64,000 nt of DNA, taken from contig OZ243927.1 of NCBI GenBank assembly GCA_965213925.1, positions 3,904,001 through 3,968,000 on the forward strand, written 5' to 3'. The notes beneath the pieces are model-generated. The model saw nothing but the letters and a program-made list of their open reading frames with translations. It made no database searches and was not told where the DNA came from. The DNA is from Trueperaceae bacterium. GTDB taxonomy: Bacteria; Deinococcota; Deinococci; Deinococcales; Trueperaceae. The position numbers and the translations under genes are program-made. Shown piece by piece: positions 8,394 to 19,632 of this stretch (its first letter is position 1; every line of letters starts with the position of its first letter).

Positions 8394-10016
8394 ATCGTCA
8401 ACAGAATTGCGATTCTCGGTGGACTCACGGCAGTTTTCGGCTTTTTCTTTTTGCCCCTCATTGAACTCAAGCCGAACCGCCTCGCTTCGGGGCTCAGCTT
8501 TCAGCTCTTGGAGCTAGAGGGCGACCTGCGCTACCCCTTTCTCTTCATCTTGGCACTCATCGCCATCGGCGCGGCGCTCTCGGCACGCTCCGCCACGCGC
8601 GGCTGGACGCTCGCCGGACTCGGCAACGCGCTCCTCTACTTGACGCTCTTTTTGCCTGCCGTCGCCGGGCAAAACCTCATCGACAACGCGAGCGACCTCT
8701 TGGGCGAAACCGTGCGCGTCAGCAACCCGCGCCTCTTGCCCTCGGGCGCGCTCGTCGTGGGGCTCATCGGCAGCTACGTCGTGCTCTACGGCGGGCTGCG
8801 CGACCTCATCGCGGCGGAGGCGTCGCGCTCGGCACGCTTCATCGCCGCGTGGGGCGGTGTGGCGCTCGTCGTGATCGGCTTTGTCACCGGACAGTTCGAC
8901 GTGTACTCGGTCATGGTCGAGCTTGAAGCGCGAGGCGAGCAGCTCGGGCAGCGCACGATCGAGCACATCATGTTCGTGGGTGTATCGCTCGTGATCGGCT
9001 TTGTCGTCGGCGTAGGGCTGGGGCTGTGGGCGCACCGCGACGAGCGCAGTTCGCCTATCGTCCTCTACGCGGTGGGGATTATCCAGACCATCCCGAGCCT
9101 GGCGCTTTTCGGCGTGCTGTTAGAGCCGTTGGCGCGGCTCGGCGGTCAGCGGGCGCTCAGCGTGGGGCTCTTCTTTATCGTCTCGTTGGCGGTAGCCGCG
9201 GCGCTCATCTTCGCCTACCGCCGCTTCGCGACTAGCCTCTCTGAGAATGTACGTCAAGTGTTTCTCATCCTAAGCGCGATCATCGCTGCTGTGCCACTCG
9301 CCCTCTTTACCGTCGTCTTAGCGAGCTTTCTCTTCCGTGCAAGCTTGGTGACGTTCACGTCCAATGCGGGTCTATTGCCGACGCTCCGCACGGTCATGCT
9401 CGTCTCGCTCATCGTCGGCTTCGCCCTCTGGATAGGCTTGCGTTACTTCAAGGGAACTGTGAAGCGCGTCGTTCGCTACGGCGCGTGGCTCGGTTACGGG
9501 GTGTTCGCGGTCGCGCTCCTCGTCGCGCTCGCCCAGGGCTCGAATCAGTTCTTAGGCGACGTCGGCGCAGGGCTCACCATGCGCAACCTCGGCGTGTCGG
9601 GCATCGGCACCGCGCCCGCCGTGATCGCGCTAACGCTCTACTCGCTCTTGCCGCTCGTCAGGAACACCTACGCGGGACTTAACAACGTGGACGCGGCGAT
9701 CGTCGATTCGGGGCGCGGCATGGGGATGAACGCGGGACAACGCTTTTTCCAGATCGAGTTGCCCATCGCCTTGCCCGTCATCATGGCAGGCGTGCGTAAC
9801 GCGGCCATCGCCTTAGTCGGCATCGGCACGGTGGCGACGATCATCGGCGCGGGCGGTTTGGGGGACTTTATCATCGGCGGGGTGGTGAACACGTCCATTG
9901 ACCAGATTCTTTTAGGTGCGGTGCCAGCGGTACTTTTAGCTGTGGCGTTGGATGCGGCGTTGCGGGGTTTGGAGAGGCTGATGGTGTCGCCGGGGATTCA
10001 GCAGATGCAGGATTGA
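8394..10016 (+). CDS. Osmoprotectant ABC permease, YehY-like, cluster 1; probable ATC start
   Basis: QTIPSLALFG, EAA-like DSGRGMGM and GAGGLG motifs. SD GGAGGTGA at 8382-8389 precedes in-frame ATC 8394; the ORF track starts at TTG 8451. Confidence 0.85.
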   Translation: MVNRIAILGGLTAVFGFFFLPLIELKPNRLASGLSFQLLELEGDLRYPFLFILALIAIGAALSARSATRGWTLAGLGNALLYLTLFLPAVAGQNLIDNASDLLGETVRVSNPRLLPSGALVVGLIGSYVVLYGGLRDLIAAEASRSARFIAAWGGVALVVIGFVTGQFDVYSVMVELEARGEQLGQRTIEHIMFVGVSLVIGFVVGVGLGLWAHRDERSSPIVLYAVGIIQTIPSLALFGVLLEPLARLGGQRALSVGLFFIVSLAVAAALIFAYRRFATSLSENVRQVFLILSAIIAAVPLALFTVVLASFLFRASLVTFTSNAGLLPTLRTVMLVSLIVGFALWIGLRYFKGTVKRVVRYGAWLGYGVFAVALLVALAQGSNQFLGDVGAGLTMRNLGVSGIGTAPAVIALTLYSLLPLVRNTYAGLNNVDAAIVDSGRGMGMNAGQRFFQIELPIALPVIMAGVRNAAIALVGIGTVATIIGAGGLGDFIIGGVVNTSIDQILLGAVPAVLLAVALDAALRGLERLMVSPGIQQMQD

Positions 10017-10226
10017 TAGCAGGTATCATCTGATGGATAGCAGGTATCATCTGGTCACAGACGCTCTTAGTGGATAAGAAAAGTGCCTAGCCCTTCAAAG
10101 ATGATATCTGCGGCTCCAAGCTCTCAGCAAAGGATCAAACAAGGTCTTGCAGCATGTTGCGAAGAAAACGTACCTTTTCAGTCCTTTGTCAGTCCCCCAC
10201 TTCTCACCCACAGAAAGTGAGACCCT

Positions 10227-11405
10227 ATGATTGAATTCGATAACGTCGTCAAGCAGTACCCGAACGGCTTCAAAGCGGTCGACGGTCTGAGCGTCACCGT
10301 GCCCGAAGGCGAAATCTGCGTTTTCATCGGTCCTTCGGGCTGCGGCAAGACCACGACCATGCGCATGGTCAACCGCCTCATCCCCATTACGGGCGGGCGC
10401 ATCAACATAGAAGGGCGCGATAACCGCGACATCCCGGCGGAAGAGCTGCGGCGCAAGATCGGCTACGCCATCCAGCAGATCGGGCTCTTCCCACACATGA
10501 CGATCTTCGACAACGTCGCGGTGGTGCCGCGCCTGCTGAACTGGGAGGAGGACCGCATCGCGAAGCGCGTGGACAGGCTTCTGGGACTCGTCGGCTTGGA
10601 CCCCGACGTGAACCGCGACAAGTTTCCGCGTCAGCTTTCGGGCGGTCAGCAGCAGCGCGTCGGCGTGGCGCGGGCGCTCGGAGCCGACCCGCCTATCATG
10701 CTCATGGACGAGCCTTTTGGCGCGGTGGACCCCATTACCAGGGAGGTTTTGCAAGAAGAGTTTTTGCAGATTCAAAAGGAGATCAGCAAAACCATCATCT
10801 TCGTCACGCACGATATCGACGAGGCGATCAAGATGGGCGACCGCATCGCGATTTTGCGCGAGGGTAAGCTCGTCCAGTTTGACACGCCCGATACCCTCTT
10901 AGCGCACCCCAAAAACCACTTCGTGCGCGATTTCGTCGGGGCGGACCGGCAGCTCAAGCGGCTCGGCTTGGTGCGCGTCCACGAGATTATGGACACCGAC
11001 CCGCCCGTGGTCCAGTTCGAGGGCAAGGCAGAGGACGCCCTCCGCGCAATCGAGCAGCGCGAGGTGCGCAACGCCTTCGTCATCGACCGTGACGGCAAGC
11101 TCAAAGGGTGGGTAGACAGAAAAGCCATCGAGCGGAGCGACTCTCTGTTAGAGGCGATGTACGAGGCGGACTACTGGGATATCTCTGTAAAGGAGACCGC
11201 GACCGTGCGTGACGCGCTCTCGGCAATGGTCACGCGCGGCTTCAAGGTGACGCCCGTGGTGGATAGCGACGGACTTTTGACTGGCTCGATCACGCTCAAA
11301 GCGCTGCAAGAACTCGTCGAGCGCAGCGACCCTGAGCAGCAAGCTGAGCGTTCGTCCAGGGACCGCTCGGCTAAAGAACAGACAGAACAAGAGGTCAGCG
11401 CGTGA
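10227..11405 (+). CDS. Osmoprotectant ABC ATP-binding protein with CBS pair, cluster 1
   Basis: Walker A GPSGCGKT, LSGGQQQR, MDEPFGAVDP; C-terminal CBS domains. Confidence 0.92.
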   Translation: MIEFDNVVKQYPNGFKAVDGLSVTVPEGEICVFIGPSGCGKTTTMRMVNRLIPITGGRINIEGRDNRDIPAEELRRKIGYAIQQIGLFPHMTIFDNVAVVPRLLNWEEDRIAKRVDRLLGLVGLDPDVNRDKFPRQLSGGQQQRVGVARALGADPPIMLMDEPFGAVDPITREVLQEEFLQIQKEISKTIIFVTHDIDEAIKMGDRIAILREGKLVQFDTPDTLLAHPKNHFVRDFVGADRQLKRLGLVRVHEIMDTDPPVVQFEGKAEDALRAIEQREVRNAFVIDRDGKLKGWVDRKAIERSDSLLEAMYEADYWDISVKETATVRDALSAMVTRGFKVTPVVDSDGLLTGSITLKALQELVERSDPEQQAERSSRDRSAKEQTEQEVSA

Positions 11406-12442
11406 CGGCGCGTTTAGAACGCAACGTTCCCTTCTTGGTGTCGGGCGCAGCTTTAGCCTGGTTGGGGTTTGCGCTCTTCTTATTCATCCTGAGCTTCATC
11501 TCGTTCGACCTTAAAAATTTGCCGGAAGAGACGGGCACGCTCGTGCCGACCTTGTGGCTGCCGACGCTAGGCGTCAGCGCCACGACGATCATCCGCGTGG
11601 ACGCTTTCGACACGGGCATCAACCTGATCCCCTTTCTCGTGCTCTTCGCGCTCGTCGAATGGGGGCTCGCGTACCTCTACCGTGACCGCGACGAGAAGCT
11701 GGTGCGCCCACTTTTTAGAACGGCGGCGATCTTTCTTACTATTTGGTCGTTCTTCGGACACTTGCCGCTCTGGGACGTTTTTCTCAGTTGGCTCTTTCCA
11801 AATAGCCCGCGCGTCCTCTACCCGCAAGGGAGCGTGATCGGGCTGACTGCCGATCACCTGGAACTCGTCATTCTCTCCTCGGTCATTACGGTGAGCGTCG
11901 GGCTGGCGCTGGGCATTCTGGTGACGAGGGATCAGTTCCGCGAGTTTTTGCCGCTCGTGAGCGACTTCGTGAACGCCGGGCAGACGCTGCCAACGCTGGC
12001 GATTGTCGCAATTATGGTGCCGGTTATCGGTTTGGGTTTTTGGCCCGCCATCGTCGCGCTTATCCTCTACGGCCTCCTGCCCGTCGTGCGCAACACGATT
12101 GCAGGCTTAGAGGCGGTCAACGACTTCATGATCGACTCGGCGCGAGGGATGGGCATGACTGCCAGCCAAATCCTCTGGCAGATCGAGCTGCCCAACGCAA
12201 GTAGCATCATCCTGGCAGGCATTCGCACGAGCGTCGTGATCAATATCGGCACGGCGGCGCTGGGTGCGTACGCGGGCGCGAGCGGGTTGGGTCGCCCGAT
12301 TGCCGGGGGGCTTTCGCAAAACATCGTCCCTTACGTGATTTACGGCGCACTGCCCGCCGCGATGCTCGCCATTTTAGTCGATTACGTCTTGGAACGGGTA
12401 GAGTTTGTTTTGACGCCTAAAGGGTTGCAGGTGGAGAGTTAG
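11402..12442 (+). CDS. Osmoprotectant ABC permease, YehW-like, cluster 1
   Basis: GQTLPTLA and DSARGMGM motifs; GTGA overlap with the ATPase gene. Confidence 0.9.
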   Translation: MTARLERNVPFLVSGAALAWLGFALFLFILSFISFDLKNLPEETGTLVPTLWLPTLGVSATTIIRVDAFDTGINLIPFLVLFALVEWGLAYLYRDRDEKLVRPLFRTAAIFLTIWSFFGHLPLWDVFLSWLFPNSPRVLYPQGSVIGLTADHLELVILSSVITVSVGLALGILVTRDQFREFLPLVSDFVNAGQTLPTLAIVAIMVPVIGLGFWPAIVALILYGLLPVVRNTIAGLEAVNDFMIDSARGMGMTASQILWQIELPNASSIILAGIRTSVVINIGTAALGAYAGASGLGRPIAGGLSQNIVPYVIYGALPAAMLAILVDYVLERVEFVLTPKGLQVES

Positions 12443-12605
12443 ACCTTCCGTGCGGGCTTGCGTAGCGAGAAGAATTTGAGGAAACTCGCTCGAGCTGTTG
12501 CTGAGTTGCCTCGAGGCTTGTCGCGCGGCTGTGAAGTGAAAAAATACGAATTTCGATAACGGTGAAATTCGCATCACTCGAGAAAGCATCAATCCAAAGA
12601 CAACG

Positions 12606-12637
12606 AAAAAAGCCGCCACATATGTGGCGGCTTTTTT
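12606..12637. terminator. Bidirectional intrinsic terminator
   Basis: AAAAAAGCCGCCAC-ATAT-GTGGCGGCTTTTTT between the convergent ABC operon and small peptide gene. Confidence 0.85.
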
Positions 12638-12650
12638 ACGGATAAGAAAA

Positions 12651-12776
12651 TTACCGGTTCACTCTAAAAATCTTCGTTGTAGGTACGTCGTTCTTGACGC
12701 TTTTGCCAGCCGACGCTGCACCGAAAAGGCTGAAGGAAAGGGCAACGACCAAGACTTTGATAGCAACTTTTTTCAT
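12651..12776 (-). CDS. 41-aa secreted peptide (Sec signal plus ~18-aa cationic mature peptide)
   Basis: Not in ORF track. SD GGGAGGAG; MKKVAIKVLVVALSFSLFGAASA|GKSVKNDVPTTKIFRVNR; ASA signal peptidase site; terminator directly after the stop. Confidence 0.8.
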   Translation of the reverse strand: MKKVAIKVLVVALSFSLFGAASAGKSVKNDVPTTKIFRVNR

Positions 12777-12834
12777 AGCATCTCCTCCCAGAGACTTCGC
12801 TTAAAGCGAAAGTGAGTTGTTCCGGGAAGAGTTC

Positions 12835-12905
12835 CCGGCCGGTTGCGCTACTAGCTCCGTCTACCCTAAGCGCCCAATTACAGGATAGAGATCATCGCTT
12901 CCGTG
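12835..12905 (-). ncRNA. Cyclic di-GMP-II riboswitch
   Basis: Minus strand reads GGAAGCGATGAT-CTCTATCCTG-TAATTGGGCGCTT-AGGGTAGA-CGGAGCTAGTAGCGCAACCGGCC, matching the class II pattern GGAA..ATGA..TGGGCRCTT..GAGYTAGTAGYGCAACCGRCC including the pseudoknot pairing (GCGC/GCGC). Confidence 0.88.
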
Positions 12906-12994
12906 GAGGCTTTTGCGCCTCGAGATACAATGTAGCATTCATATAGTTAAACTTGCGAGAAGGTTTTTACAAGGGGTTTAGGTAGTGGCGCAGC

Positions 12995-13960
12995 TTACGC
13001 GGCGTTAGGTTGCTCACTGAGCCTACTCAGCGCTGAGATAAAGGCGGACACGACCTCTTTAGGATAATGAAGCCCAGCGTACTGCTTTAACTCACCGAAC
13101 GCTTGCTCGGGGCTTAGGGCCCGGCGGTAAGGTCGATCTGTGGTCATCGCGTCATACGTATCCGCCACAGCCACAACCGAGGACTCGATCAAGATGTCGT
13201 CGCCCGACAGTCCATAGGGGTAGCCCGACCCGTCACGGCGCTCATGGTGCTGCTCGACAATTGCGCCCGCCTCTTTAAGGTAGGTCGTTTCTAACAGCTC
13301 GCGCCCGAAGGTCGGGTGCTGTTTGACAATATGCCACTCCGGAGCGCTCAGCGCGGAGGGTTTTTGTAGGATGTCGAGTGGCACCTTGACCTTGCCCACG
13401 TCGTGCAAGTACGCGCCGTAGTCGAGGAGGTAAAGTCTATCGGGGGGCAAACCCAGCTCTTGCCCGGTCGCGTAGGAGAGCGTCTGCAAGCGGCGGCAGT
13501 GCCCGGCGGTGTAGCCGTCGCGCAGTTCGACCTCGACCGCTAGGCGCATCAACTCGTCGAGTTCTTGGCTGAGGGTATGAAAGATGGGCTTCGTGGTGAA
13601 GTATAAAAAGCGCACTTCGGAGAGCGCTGAGAGCGTGCACGCCTCGTCGAGTCCAGAGGTGACGATATAGTCACCCGTGCCCAGGGTCGACGCGCCGTAG
13701 CGCAAGGTACCCGCTAAGATATAGTACGTTTCGGTCGCGTCCCCTGAAGAGATGAGCGTCATGCGCTCGCCTTGCCTGAGAGTTCCCTCGAGTACCTCGG
13801 TGCCTTGTCCGGCGACAAGTAGCCGCACGTCAACCGCTTTCGAGGCGACCCTCTCTAAACTTTCACCCCGCTTATGAAAGCGTAAACCTAGGGGCGCAGC
13901 GTCTTTCACCGCATTGTCCAACTCTGAGCGTTCATCACACATATTCGCTAAGTATGGCAC
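12995..13960 (-). CDS. HD-GYP cyclic-dinucleotide phosphodiesterase with an N-terminal cupin-like domain
   Basis: RDGYTAGH, LHDVGK, HHERRDGSGYP and VADTYDAMT..RPYR motifs; start uncertain. Confidence 0.9.
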   Translation of the reverse strand: MPYLANMCDERSELDNAVKDAAPLGLRFHKRGESLERVASKAVDVRLLVAGQGTEVLEGTLRQGERMTLISSGDATETYYILAGTLRYGASTLGTGDYIVTSGLDEACTLSALSEVRFLYFTTKPIFHTLSQELDELMRLAVEVELRDGYTAGHCRRLQTLSYATGQELGLPPDRLYLLDYGAYLHDVGKVKVPLDILQKPSALSAPEWHIVKQHPTFGRELLETTYLKEAGAIVEQHHERRDGSGYPYGLSGDDILIESSVVAVADTYDAMTTDRPYRRALSPEQAFGELKQYAGLHYPKEVVSAFISALSRLSEQPNAA

Positions 13961-14087
13961 TCACCGCCGTACATAGACGTTGAATATTTCGTGCAGCGCG
14001 AGGTTATTTACATTATTTCAGCAGAGGAAGCGAGAGGCTGCAACCCCTCGCTCACATCGGTTAGCGCTGGGCAGGGACGTCGCTACC

Positions 14088-14807
14088 TTACATATGATGT
14101 CCACCGTTGATGCTCAGCACCGTGCCCGTCACGTAGCTCGCCCGTGGCGAGAGCAAGTAAGCCACGCCCCACGCGATTTCGTCCGGCTGACCGAAGCGCT
14201 TAAAGGGAATTTCGGAAGTGATTCGGTCCTTAACCTTGTCGGGCACGCCCTCTAACATGTTCGTCTCGATAAAGCCCGGCGCGACGACGTTCGTGCGAAC
14301 CTTGTTCTTCGCGCCCTCGCGCGCGAGCGATTTACCGAAGCCCATCAAGGCGGCTTTGGCGGCGGCGTAGTTAGCTTGCCCCATGTTGCCGCGCTCGCCC
14401 ACGATGGACGAAATGAGCACGATCGAGCCCTCGCCGTGCTCGTTCATCTTGGACATCACCGGACGCACCGTGTTGTAGACGCCTGTCAGGTTCGTCTCGA
14501 TAACGGTGTTCCACTGCTCCAAATCCGACTTGACGAACAGTCCGTCCTTGGTAATGCCCGCGTTCGCCACCACGCCGTAGATCGGTCCGAGTTCTTGTTC
14601 GGTGCGCTCGGCGGCCTCTTTCATCGCCGCTTCGTCGCGCACGTCCGCCTGGATCGCTAAGGAGCCGTGCTCGCCCTCGCTCGTGCGGTAGGTATACGCC
14701 ACCTTCGCGCCCGAGTCTTCCAAGAGGTCGACGATCGCTGAGCCGATGCCCTTGTTGCCGCCCGTGACCAAAATGACCTTGTCCTCTAAACCGAGTGTCG
14801 CCGCCAC
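14088..14807 (-). CDS. SDR: acetoacetyl-CoA / 3-oxoacyl-ACP reductase, PhaB-like
   Basis: TGGNKGIG, NAGITKD, YAAAK; LGLEDKVILVTGG...GPIYGVVANAG...INGGHH resembles cyanobacterial PhaB. Confidence 0.85.
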   Translation of the reverse strand: MAATLGLEDKVILVTGGNKGIGSAIVDLLEDSGAKVAYTYRTSEGEHGSLAIQADVRDEAAMKEAAERTEQELGPIYGVVANAGITKDGLFVKSDLEQWNTVIETNLTGVYNTVRPVMSKMNEHGEGSIVLISSIVGERGNMGQANYAAAKAALMGFGKSLAREGAKNKVRTNVVAPGFIETNMLEGVPDKVKDRITSEIPFKRFGQPDEIAWGVAYLLSPRASYVTGTVLSINGGHHM

Positions 14808-15103
14808 AAAACCACCCACCTATCTTGTTGATTTGCCACACTATACAGGTCAGGTGAGAGGAGCACAAGGGTAGGAAGAGGTCGTACTAAAAATCGGTTG
14901 AGCAGAAGTTATCTTCGCTCGACTGTCATCCTGTTCGTTTCGTGGAGCCTTGCAAATGCGAAGCCTCGCTGCGTTCGCCTTCTCCTCTAGCCGAGCCTGG
15001 AAGGGTAACGAGGAAGTATCGGGCAAACCTCAGCTCACCGTGTCGGGAAGCTCGAGCAGGATAGAACTGAGCAGCGCGTAGCATATGCGCGCTTTTCGCT
15101 AGG

Positions 15104-15775
15104 TCAGACGATGACCTTCACCACTTCTACCCCATTTCGCGCCAACTGGTGTAAAAAGAGCGCGTGGTAGAGGTCGCCGGGGTGATCGGGGGCGTCCCAG
15201 GTCTGCACGCAGCTTTCTGGCACGATCACGCGCTGCCCCAGTCCGCCCGCGAGGTTGCGCACCTGCAGGTGCAGCGCTAGCGTATACAAACAGAGGTCGG
15301 TCACGTCGCCTACGGCGATGAGGTTCTTAACCTGCAAAGATTCCAACCACCTGTTAAACCCCTCGCTCGTATGGCTAGCGATGCTGTTCTTCTCGAAGTG
15401 CTGATAGTTGCTCCAGTGCGGAAGCTCTTTAAGCTCAGCCACCGCTTCGGCTTCGTCGGTGCCTTTCACGCAGTGCTCGGGGTAGGCGTTAAACTCCTGC
15501 GCGTTTTGTGGGTGGGCGTCCTGGACGAAGGCAACGTTGCTAGGCGGGACGCCGTGGTTAGTCACGCGTCGCACCAGCTCCACCACACTCGGGATAATCG
15601 CTTCGACCCTCGGGCTGGCGAGCGCGCCCTTGCGGTGAAAGCCTTCGATGACGTCCACGCTGACGAGAGCGGTATCACCTGGTTCTAATTCCGCCAACGC
15701 AAGCTCAGGCAAGTCCGCGAGCCAGTTGTCTAAGAGGTCAGCGTAGTCTGTCGCTTGGGTTTTTAAGTCGTTCAT
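15104..15775 (-). CDS. Cysteine hydrolase (isochorismatase/nicotinamidase family)
   Basis: VDVIEGF, DAH, HCVKGT and GDVTDLC motifs; leaderless TAGACT-N6-ATG. Confidence 0.88.
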   Translation of the reverse strand: MNDLKTQATDYADLLDNWLADLPELALAELEPGDTALVSVDVIEGFHRKGALASPRVEAIIPSVVELVRRVTNHGVPPSNVAFVQDAHPQNAQEFNAYPEHCVKGTDEAEAVAELKELPHWSNYQHFEKNSIASHTSEGFNRWLESLQVKNLIAVGDVTDLCLYTLALHLQVRNLAGGLGQRVIVPESCVQTWDAPDHPGDLYHALFLHQLARNGVEVVKVIV

Positions 15776-16013
15776 AGCTCTAGTCTAACGAAACATCTAC
15801 GACGCGACTGTTTGCAGTACCGTAGTACACCCTCACCCTACTATCATTTCTCTGATCTTATGTTAGACTAGATGTAGCGGAAGAACGTTTACGTTCGACG
15901 TTCCACTTAGACCACAACATTTTGCACTTTCTTACGCGACTTATTCTTTCTGTCAAGTTTTGACGACGCGAGGGTAAAACTAAGACTCACGGGGCAGCTT
16001 TTGGAGGCGTGGC

Positions 16014-16289
16014 ATGGCAAAAGCAACCAAAGTCGACATCTATGGCACGAACTGGTGCGGTCTGACCCAAAGTTTCCGCGATGACCTCGCCTCTGCGGAT
16101 GTCCCTTTCGAGTATCACGACATCGAGTCGGACAGCGACGCGGAGGAGACGGTCATCGAACTGAACGGCGGCAAGCGCAAGTTCCCGATGGTCGTCGTCG
16201 GCGACAAGGCGCTCAAGAATCCCGCTTTAGAGGAACTCGACGCCGCGCTCACTGAATTAGGGCTGCTCGAGCCGCAAAAGACGCTCTAA
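16014..16289 (+). CDS. Glutaredoxin/mycoredoxin-like protein, single-Cys WCGLT
   Basis: YGTNWCGLT...NGGKRKFPMV; GGAGG SD. Confidence 0.8.
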   Translation: MAKATKVDIYGTNWCGLTQSFRDDLASADVPFEYHDIESDSDAEETVIELNGGKRKFPMVVVGDKALKNPALEELDAALTELGLLEPQKTL

Positions 16290-16371
16290 GCATTCGTAGA
16301 GGTCGAATTTATTAACCCGACCCGGTGAGGATTTGCATCGCTGCGCACCTCTACGTCTCTTTGCATCATCA

Positions 16372-16611
16372 CTAGTACACTGTCAACTAAGTATTGCTAC
16401 CTCTTGTATGTCACCCTGTTCACGAAGTAGAGCGAAGCTTCGGCGAAGGCGTAAGGGTCTCGTTTGGCTACTGCCAAAACTTTGTAACTCGCAGTCTCGG
16501 CTGGTTGGGAATGAAAGACGAGATTCTTTCACTCCACAGCCTGCCCTGAGCAACGTCGAATGGGTTGCGTTCAGAATGACATCACTCATTTTTTACTTGA
16601 CAGTGTACTAG
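16372..16611. mobile_element. MITE-like element, copy 1
   Basis: Perfect 15-bp terminal inverted repeats CTAGTACACTGTCAA / TTGACAGTGTACTAG; internal TGTCACCCTG..AAGGGTCTCG and CGAGATTCTT..TCAGAATGACA arms; a partial second copy starts at the shared CTAG (16608). Confidence 0.75.
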
Positions 16612-16758
16612 TACACTGTTCATTAAGTTTCGCGGTATCCGCGAATGTCACCCCGAGTCCAGTTGAGGGGCCTCGTCTAGCTGCGCTAAAACTGCGTGAC
16701 TTGCACTCTCTGTCAGAGGAGAAGGTGGTTTAGGTTGTCGAAGCTGAGGTACTTACAA

Positions 16759-18525
<1,767 letters not shown>

Positions 18526-18582
18526 CTCTCAAGCCTAACGCGAGACTCATGAAGAGGTCGTCTCACACGTTATACTTCCGAG

Positions 18583-19248
18583 ATGGAAACGCCCCTCGTA
18601 CCGCGCCCGGTCCGCTTAGCGGGACACTTACCTTACCTCTTTTATGCGCCCGATGCTCAGACTGCAGGACTGCCCCTCGTCCTCTTCCTGCACGGCTCGG
18701 GTGAGCGGGGCGACGATCTCGAGCGCGTGAAAACGTACGGCTTGCCCGACGTGCTTAAAACCCGCAATCCCTTCCCTGAAGACGTCCTCGTCCTCGCGCC
18801 GCAGTGCCCCGAAGAGACGCGCTGGACAGACCACTTGGACGCGCTCGAGGCTCTTCTGGATGACGCAGTAGCGCGCTACGACGCAGATGTGAGCCGCATC
18901 TACCTAACAGGGCTGAGCTTAGGAGGACAAGGAGTTTGGTATCTGGGCGCGGCGCATCCCGACCTCTTTGCCGCGCTCGCGCCCGTCTGCGGCAGGAGCG
19001 ATCCGGAAAGGGCGTGCGCGCTTAGGGAGATGCCCATTTGGGCGTTTCACGGCGCAAAGGACGACCGCGTGCCCCTAATCGAATCTACCCAGATGGTTGA
19101 CGCCGTAAACGCTTGCGGCGGACACGCGAAACTAACCGTTTATCCGAACGTTGGACACATCTCCTGGGACCATGCCTACGGTACGCCTGAACTTTACCAT
19201 TGGCTGCTAAAACAAGCGAAATTTAGTACGCCGTTAAGTAAAAAATGA
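18583..19248 (+). CDS. Alpha/beta hydrolase (phospholipase/carboxylesterase or predicted peptidase)
   Basis: LFLHGSGERG, GLSLGG nucleophile, HGAKD, GHISW; leaderless TATACT-N6-ATG. Confidence 0.88.
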   Translation: METPLVPRPVRLAGHLPYLFYAPDAQTAGLPLVLFLHGSGERGDDLERVKTYGLPDVLKTRNPFPEDVLVLAPQCPEETRWTDHLDALEALLDDAVARYDADVSRIYLTGLSLGGQGVWYLGAAHPDLFAALAPVCGRSDPERACALREMPIWAFHGAKDDRVPLIESTQMVDAVNACGGHAKLTVYPNVGHISWDHAYGTPELYHWLLKQAKFSTPLSKK

Positions 19249-19484
19249 GTGGTGTCATTCCGAACGGAGCGACAGCGGAGCCCTTTACAGGATAGGCTTC
19301 GCCTGATGAAAGAATCTCTGACCTTGCTGACTCCTCTTGCTGAGATTGAAAGTTACAGGGTTTTGGCTATTGCCAAACGAGACCCTTACGCCTTCGCCGA
19401 AGCTTCGCGTCACTGCGTTCCCGCTGGCTACTTCGTGAACAGGGTGACAACAATATCGCATTTCTTACTTAACGCTGTATTTAG
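19223..19484. mobile_element. MITE-like element, copy 2 (inverted relative to copy 1)
   Basis: TTAGTACGCCGTTAAGT...ACTTAACGCTGTATTTAG ends; contains the reverse complement of copy 1 internal sequence; supplies the last codons and stop of the hydrolase gene. Confidence 0.7.
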
Positions 19485-19632
19485 CTAGACTTACCCCTGT
19501 TATGAAGGAAGCCGCGTTTCCCGACCTCTTCGCACAACCTCTGCTCAGCGTCGTAAAATCTTCAAGGTGTGAGTGTTCTTACATCCTAAGGAAAAGATGT
19601 ACACTTGCGTTTGGAGCGAAAGGAGCGTGGTC

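Noticed and set aside
14088..14807. PHA biosynthesis cluster
   Set aside because: Only a PhaB-like reductase is present; no phaA or phaC in the window.
16333..16611. ORFs at 16333, 16383, 19249, 55725 and 5752
   Set aside because: They lie within MITE/REP repeats and show no protein features.
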